DNA of 64,000 nucleotides from Macrostomum lignano (Eukaryota): NCBI GenBank assembly GCA_002269645.1, contig NIVC01000135.1, positions 248,001 to 312,000 of the forward strand, read 5' to 3'. Shown piece by piece: positions 57,383 to 64,000 of this stretch (position 1 is its first letter; each line of letters starts with the position of its first letter). The notes under the pieces were generated by a model. It saw only the letters and a program-made list of their open reading frames with translations, ran no database searches and was not told where the DNA came from. The position numbers and the translations under genes were made by a program.

Positions 57383-60300
57383 TAAGGGTATTTCTCTTTG
57401 TACGCGGTTTGGGGAACCCAACACTGTACACTGGGTAGGTTAGAATGGGCGCTAGCTGGGGGCCTCTATGTGTGTATACACGGGGGTTAAAAGACCAATT
57501 CTGATAGCTCGCTCCTAGGGAGGAAATTGGCAGAGGGGCCGGCCCAAAAACTGAAATGGGCTGGCCCCGGGCTCGAGTCCACCCACCTAAAATATGGAGG
57601 GTCATTACAACCTAATGACTCGAAATACTTTCAACGCAATTGTACCTATAAGAGGGTTAGGGCGGCGGTGGTGGCGAAAACGGGCGGCTAAAACCTCCCT
57701 TTTGGGATTTCCCCGAACCGCTTTTGTTTAATATTTATGCACCTGCGGGTTAGACAATATTTACTATTTAGTCGGTGTGACATTATTTACGCGTCTGTTG
57801 CACCTGGGCGTTTGCCTATAATCTGATTATACATGCGTGCCTGTATTATACAACTACACCTTATGCATGCCTTGTAAACCTGCTTTATACATTAATCCGA
57901 TATGTATCGAAAGTACACTTTGTAAACCTGCTGTGTGTATTTCCACCTATGTAGCGCCTACAGTACCTGCTTTGTCTATTTCTGCCCATACACCTACATT
58001 GTGTGTTTTTGCTGCTCATATGCTCCAATATGTACATTTTAATATGCAATATGCGTCATTATTCACCTACCAATATGTTTTATCTACATTTTTATGTAAA
58101 TATACTCAATTTCACCTACTATAAGTAGTTTTCACTAGCCTAATATCGTTGACTGCATATCGTACATATCGGGAGATTGGTAGAGTGTACACTCGGGGTG
58201 CCTGCGGCATGGGAGAGTGTACACTCGGGTGCCTGCAGCTTGGGAGAGTGTACACTCGGGGTGCTTGCAGCATGGGGCGCCTGCGGCATGGACGCCTGCT
58301 GCTCTGGAGGGAGGGTATACATATCGGGAGGGTGGGCATACATATCGGGGTACATGTCGGGAGGGTGGGCATGTCGGTAGGTGCGCCTGCGGCTGGGGAG
58401 GGTCGCCGGTGGCTCGGGAGGGTCGCCTGCGGCTGGACGGCGCTTGGCGCCACGCGCCTGCGGCGCGCGCGCGCCGAGCGCCGATATCGATACGGGTATC
58501 GATCACCTAGTGATCGGGGCGCCAGCCAATGAGAGGCGAGGAGGGTTGACACCCACCCCACCTCCAAAATCAACACATCTGCCAGTCCTTAGTAGTAGGG
58601 ATGGATAGGGGGATTCTTTGGATCGGGGATTCTATCGATGGGGGTTCTTTGGATAGGGATTCTCTGCATGTAAGATTCTATGGATGGGCAATTCTTCAGA
58701 TAGGAGAATTCCTTGAATGGGGAATTCTTGGGATCGGTGATTCTATCGATGGGAGGTTTTTTCGATGGCGGCTTCTTTGCATGTGAGATTCTTTGTATCG
58801 TGGATTTTATGGGTGGTGTATTCTTTGGATGGGGATTCTTTGTATGGGAGATTCAGTTGGGTGAAATTTTATTGCGTAGGAAAACTGTGGCTGGAGTTTG
58901 GACGGAAAGCCCCAACGGGAGTGTGAATTGGCTAGCTAAGGAAATTGCTTCACTAATCTTGCTGGGGGTACTTTCTATCAGGGGATGCTTGCTATCGGAA
59001 GGACGCTTGCTCTTGGGGGATGCTTGCTCGGAAGAGAATTTTAAGATGTCAAGATTTACAAGGGGAATTATTGAGATACATGTATAAAATCTTACCTTGG
59101 GGAATTAATGACATGTGAAGGCTTAAGAGGGACTTGCTGAGATGTCAAGGCTTGTGGGGGAATCGCTGAGATGTCAAGGCTTGTGGAGGGAATTGCTGAG
59201 GTGTGAAGGCTTAAAAAGGAATTGCTGAGGTCTTAAGTCTCGGGGAGGGGAATCGCTAAGATGCCAAGGCTTTGGACGGGGAGAAATTGCTGAGATGCCA
59301 ACACTTACTGGAGGAATTACTGAGATATCAAGGCTTACTGGGAGAATTACTGAGATATCAAGGCTTGGGGAGGGGAATTACTGAGATGTCAAGGCTTTGG
59401 ACGGGGAGAAATTGGTATCATGTCAAGGCTTGCGCCGGAATTGCTTAGATGTCAATGCTTAGGGAAAATTTCTGAGGTGTCGAGGCTTGGGGAAATTGCT
59501 GAGATGTTAAGTCTTGGGGGAATTCTATGGATTGATGATTCTTTGGATGAGGGATGCTTCTAATGGATAAATTTTTGGGCAATTTCTTCGGTGGGGCATT
59601 GTTTCGATGGAGGGTTTTTTGAATGGGGGGTTCTTTAGATAAATGATTCTTTAGATGGGGGGTTATTTGAACGGGGGTTCTTTAGATGAGGGGATTCTGG
59701 ATTCTTTGGCCAATTATTCTTTTGATGGGGGATTATTTAAGGATGTGAATTCTTAGAGGGGGGATTTTTCAGAGAAGGAATTTTTTGGATATGGATGTGT
59801 TGTAACCCGGGTTGGCTTGGGTGCCCAGTCCCGAGTACAATATATATTATATGTGATATAACAGGCGTTGTGACGCTCTGTCTGTACTTTTATGAATACG
59901 ACGAGCAGGCGTGGCGACGCTCTGCGATAATAATTCGATCCCTCTGGTGTTGTGACACTCAGAGTTCACGCTGCGGCTCGAGGTGTGGTGACACTCTCGA
60001 GTGCTTCTATTCTCTATACCGTAGGGCGTACGCAATATATATGGTAAACGGTACCGTACTACAGAAGCTATATGGTCTCCCGGCGTTATGACGCTCTGGC
60101 AAGAATTCGGCCTAGCAAGCTTCCCGGAAAGAAAGGACTCAAACAGCAGGCGGCTTACCAGTGGCCAGATGACTGTTCACCGTTTATTATTCGCAGGTCT
60201 CAAGCGCAGTTTCCGACTTCTTCTTAATTCTCCAAGACTCTTCTCAATTAGGCTATTGTGTTTCTTTTATCCAAGTAGCTAATGTTGCTGTTTCTTTTAT

Positions 60301-60951
60301 CAAAGTAGCTAATGTTGCTGTTTCTTTTATCAGGTCTCGCGCTTGCACTCTCGGAGCACACCAAAACACAAAAAGCACGCAGGTGGTGGGCAAGAGCCAG
60401 AGTCGCACCATAAATAGCACCCAAACCCTGGGGCAGACGGCCCCACCGGCTAAGCTCACCAAAACAAACCACGCCGGCCCAGCCAATCAAAACCCCGCCT
60501 AAGGGGGGAGGGGCTGCACCCGCGCCAAAGCTGGCCCGGCCGCAGCCAACCAGCCCTGAGCACGGGGCAGGGGCACGGCTGGGGAGGGGCACGCGCAAAG
60601 CCCGGCCGGCGGCCAAACCCTGCTACGCCCGCCAACCCCCCCAACCAGCCCCAAAGTGCAACGCGCCCTGCCAACTGACAAGGGCGCATGCACTACACCC
60701 TCCCCTCCTACAAAAAAAAACAGGGCGGAGCTCGAACCACGGCGACTGGGATTCCAAATTTTTCAAATAACAAAGCAAAAAAATCAAAAACAACAAAAAA
60801 ATTGGAAACAAACTAATGCAAAAGGGGAAAAAGAAAAATGGTTGCCGCAAAAGAAATATAAAAAAAATACTGGTTTTCTGCACGCAAGTTCGTCAGAGCA
60901 ACCACGGGGCACGGAATAGGCTTTACATCAAAGCTGGCGCCACAGAAAACC

Positions 60952-61270
60952 ATCGCAGGTGGCCGGCAGGACGCGCAGATGGCCGGCAGGAAGTGCAGAC
61001 GGCCGGCAGGGCACGCAGGTGGCCGGGCGGGACGCGCAGGTGGCCGGCAGGACGCGCAAGTGGCCGGCAGGACGCGCAAGTGGCCGGCAGGAAGTGCAGA
61101 TGGCCGGCAGGGCACGCCGGTGGCCGGGCGGGACGCGCAGGTGGCCGGCAGGACGCGCAAGTGGCCGGCAGGACACGCAGGTGGCCGGCAGGGCACGCAG
61201 GTGGCCGGCAAGACGCGAAGGCGGCCGGGCGAGGCGCGCAGATGGCCGGCAGGACGCGCAAGTGGCCGCC
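60952..61270. repeat. 21-bp GC-rich tandem array (GTGGCCGGCAGGACGCGCAAG)
   Basis: Periodic units; it explains many overlapping pseudo-ORFs. Confidence 0.92.
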
Positions 61271-61384
61271 GCAGAAGCCGGCAGGAAGCGCACTGGCGCC
61301 GCACAGCTGCTGAGCCATTCCCCCAGGAAGCTTGACCCCACTAGCATGCAAATAAACCCATACAGTACGAGCGTAACAACATAC

Positions 61385-62175
61385 GTACAATTAAGCAGAA
61401 AATACGGTATGAATCGGAACTGGGCACCCCAGCGAACCCGAAGTCCAGGGAGACCGACGCAGCTTTTCAGGACCTCGAGCAGCCTGCCGGGCCGGCGCAA
61501 ACCGAACAGCGGGATGAGCTCGTGACAGAGCTGTCGGACGAAACAATCAAAACTCTGCCTAGACCAGTAACGGCGGCCTGCTCTCTGACGCTTTACCGGA
61601 GCGATATCTCTGCGGATGAAGAACAACGCCTGCAGCAGGACCATTGACAGTGCGCTCCTCGGTTCTCGCTGCGAGTCTCGAAACAGCCGTCTCATAGCCG
61701 TGAGCACTGACACGATTCCGTCCGACTGTCCAGCCAAAATATGCTTCATCAAACGATGGCGGAGCTGACGCGCAGCTGCCGATAACGACAGCTTTTCATC
61801 ATCCCATATTGCTCCCGACGCGCGATGTGAGACAACCTCCTTGCTTTCCGGTACATCGATCTCCATAGCTTCTGACTCACTACTTCCGGAGGAGCCATCC
61901 GATGCCAGCAACTCGTCTTCTTCTTCTGTGTCGATGCTACACTCATCCGACTCCTCGCTCTCATCGTCGTCCGAGATTAGAATGTAGCCATCCGCTTCGT
62001 AATCGTTCCTCTGTCCCTGTCTCCCCTGCCTGAGACCAGCTTCCTTGCGCTGAGCTTCTTCAACTTCTCGCCTTTGCTGTACTCCCTCTTCGATGTCCGC
62101 CGGCATTCTTACACCAGTAGGAGGTATGAACGTCATTGCGAAGGTTACAGCCTCGTCATACTGTAGTGTGAGCAT
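61385..62175 (-). CDS. Orphan protein with acidic N-terminal tract and helical C-terminal part; 3' end uncertain (donor GTATGT near 61385)
   Basis: About 260 non-repetitive open codons with SDDDESEESDECSIDTEEEDE; no family recognised. Confidence 0.5.
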
Positions 62176-63338
62176 CTTTGCGTGTAAATTGTCTGCATTA
62201 GTTTCTATATTGTTATTGAATTGTTATTTTGCTTTAGTTTAGTCATGCGTTTTTGGTGTACTTTTTCTTGTTAGTTAGAATCAATTTTGCGTAAACAGGT
62301 TAGAAATCAGACGCCATCTGTGACTCAGCGGAGGGTTGAGTTTTGTCTGCAAACCCCAGCTTTGCGCGGTCAGCCAATCAGAACCGGCCTGGACCCTGGC
62401 ACGCGGCAAGTTTCAGTTCTACCCGGCGCCGCGGGCACAGTTCAATTCGGCTTAAGCAAGCGGCCGGCCAGACGACCACCACCCGGCTTGAGGGGGGTTT
62501 TGAGGGGTTGACTCTGGCTATATATGAAAGTGTGTTTTGGCAATCGGATCTCGCTTCTCTCTCCTTTCCCCGGTTTTGTCTTGTCCAGTTCCCGGCCGGT
62601 GGCCCGACTTTTCCTCCCCTTGTTGGTTCGCGCTTTGAGGCGTTTTGATTCATCACCCCCGGTCCATATCTTTGTTCCCGCCCAACCGCAGTAGTCTTGT
62701 GGCGTAACGTCTACGGCAAATTCCTGTCTGAAGTCGTCGCTATCAAGCGCGGTTAGACAGAGACTGTCGGATCTGATCAAGTACGCGGCCTCGACCCCGA
62801 GGGCCCCAGTGTTACACTGAAGGGCAGTGCCGATAGAACTTAGTCGGTACTCCGTTGAACGGTCGGTTCGGCAGGGCTCTCGTTTGAGAGTAGGTTCTGG
62901 TTTAGGCCAGGGGTTAGGAGTCTTCTCCGTGGTCCTGTGTTCGGTGCCTTCTTCTTTTTCAGCTGAGATCCGCTTGCCAGTTGCGTAATTAATTTATTAG
63001 TTATTAATCGTTATTATCATCTGTGTCAATTTATCTGCGCCGCGAATTGCATCTTGTAATTGAATCTTGTTGAATCTTGTAACTCAGCTAATCAAATTAA
63101 ACCGTCAATCAAGTTAGTTATTCTGAAATAGGATTATCACTCTCTAAATCTTTCGGTTTGTGTTTCCTCGTGTTCTTTATTTTCTTGTACTGTACCTGCG
63201 GCTATTGGAGAAGACTGGTAGAACTCGCCGACCGGCGATAGGCGATTAGGATTAATAGTTTTAAAATCTCCGAACGCTCCAAGTAGGTTTGTCTAGGGCC
63301 TAATTAATTGCTCACCGTGCATGCTATTATCTAATTGC

Positions 63339-63569
63339 CTATTTATCACAATACGGGATTGATTTATCGCCCAACTGGTCGTACATCGCTCGGCGATATG
63401 GACACGATAGAATTCTACCAGCAGTCTCAATTTCTTGGAAACGGCGTCCTGCGAGTTCCTTGTCCGGGTGCTTGTCCGGGTGCCAGAAGAGCGCTAGCTG
63501 TCGATAGACTCGCCTGATCTCGGCACGTTCGGCTATGTGTCCGACTTGGAGGACAGCGTACAAATCCAT
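63339..63569 (-). CDS. Stand-alone J-domain (DnaJ) protein, 76 aa
   Basis: MDLYAVLQV..AEIRRVYRQLALFWHPDKHPDKELAGRRFQEIETAGRILS...RRAMYDQLG; the HPD motif is intact. Confidence 0.8.
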   Translation of the reverse strand: MDLYAVLQVGHIAERAEIRRVYRQLALFWHPDKHPDKELAGRRFQEIETAGRILSCPYRRAMYDQLGDKSIPYCDK

Positions 63570-64000
63570 CTGCAAAGCAACGTACTCAAACCTGCGACAC
63601 ACTGTCCCTGACTCCAGATTTTACTCCTGCTCCCCTCTTGCCAGAGCGTCATCTCCTCGGACCGTGGCCCTGCATCGTAAAGTCCCAGCGCAAATTCGAG
63701 TTTTCACCGGATGCCAGTCCGAATACCCTCCACCGATGCATAGATTTTGTAGGCAAAATTTGATTCTCGTCAAAACTTCGATGAAGATGCGATTAAAATG
63801 ACTTAATGACGCATTAACGAATTTCTTGAATGACGCATTGGCGAACTGCTCGTACTCATGATGAATGATGCATTGATGAAGTACTCGTATTTATGATGAA
63901 TGACGCATTCGCGAAATATTTTTCTGGCTTTTAACGATAATCGCATATGAAACTGATGAGACTTCACGATGACGAGTAACCCATTAGAATGTCACTGGCT

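Larger units (their letters stand above)
48891..58596. mobile_element. Polinton/Maverick-like TIR element (9.7 kb) with pPolB but no integrase or virion genes
   Basis: TIRs at 48891-49562 and 57931-58596; termini ACTACTAAGG...CCTTAGTAGT; TSD AGGGAT on both sides; carries pPolB. Confidence 0.9.

Noticed and set aside
56368-62175. LxCxE Rb-binding motifs in the orphan acidic proteins
   Set aside because: The nearest matches (DYCFE, DECSI) do not fit the consensus.
59801-62816. Element with TGTAAC...GTTACA termini
   Set aside because: The terminal match is short, there is no TSD, and the right end lies inside an open frame.

Overview
Eukaryotic (animal) genomic DNA. It has short GT-AG introns, GC-rich exons and very dense simple repeats, which suggests a flatworm such as Macrostomum (inference, not tested). 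The first 13 kb holds conserved genes: a DUF229 gene (+), HIRA (-) and DDX39B/UAP56 (-). Every coding intron of HIRA and DDX39B carries a different tandem repeat. A CpG-depleted stretch with a decayed Gypsy integrase follows. From 21 to 35 kb, three small secreted-protein genes sit among SINEs, MITEs, LINE fragments and a BEL/Pao remnant. They are a 70-aa conotoxin-like knottin, a PAN-PAN-fibrinogen gene with a frameshift, and a WSC-PAN gene with an in-frame TGA at a conserved Cys. At 36.7-45.1 kb an internally deleted Mag-like Gypsy element carries a full-length RNase H-containing LINE. The most striking object is a 9.7-kb element (48891-58596) with about 670-bp TIRs, ACTACT termini and a 6-bp TSD (AGGGAT). 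It encodes an intact 7-exon protein-primed DNA polymerase B (about 1276 aa), a PC4-like protein and one spliced orphan gene, with no integrase, capsid, ATPase or protease. The last 4 kb has an orphan acidic ORF and a stand-alone J-domain ORF. All splice models and counts were made by eye.
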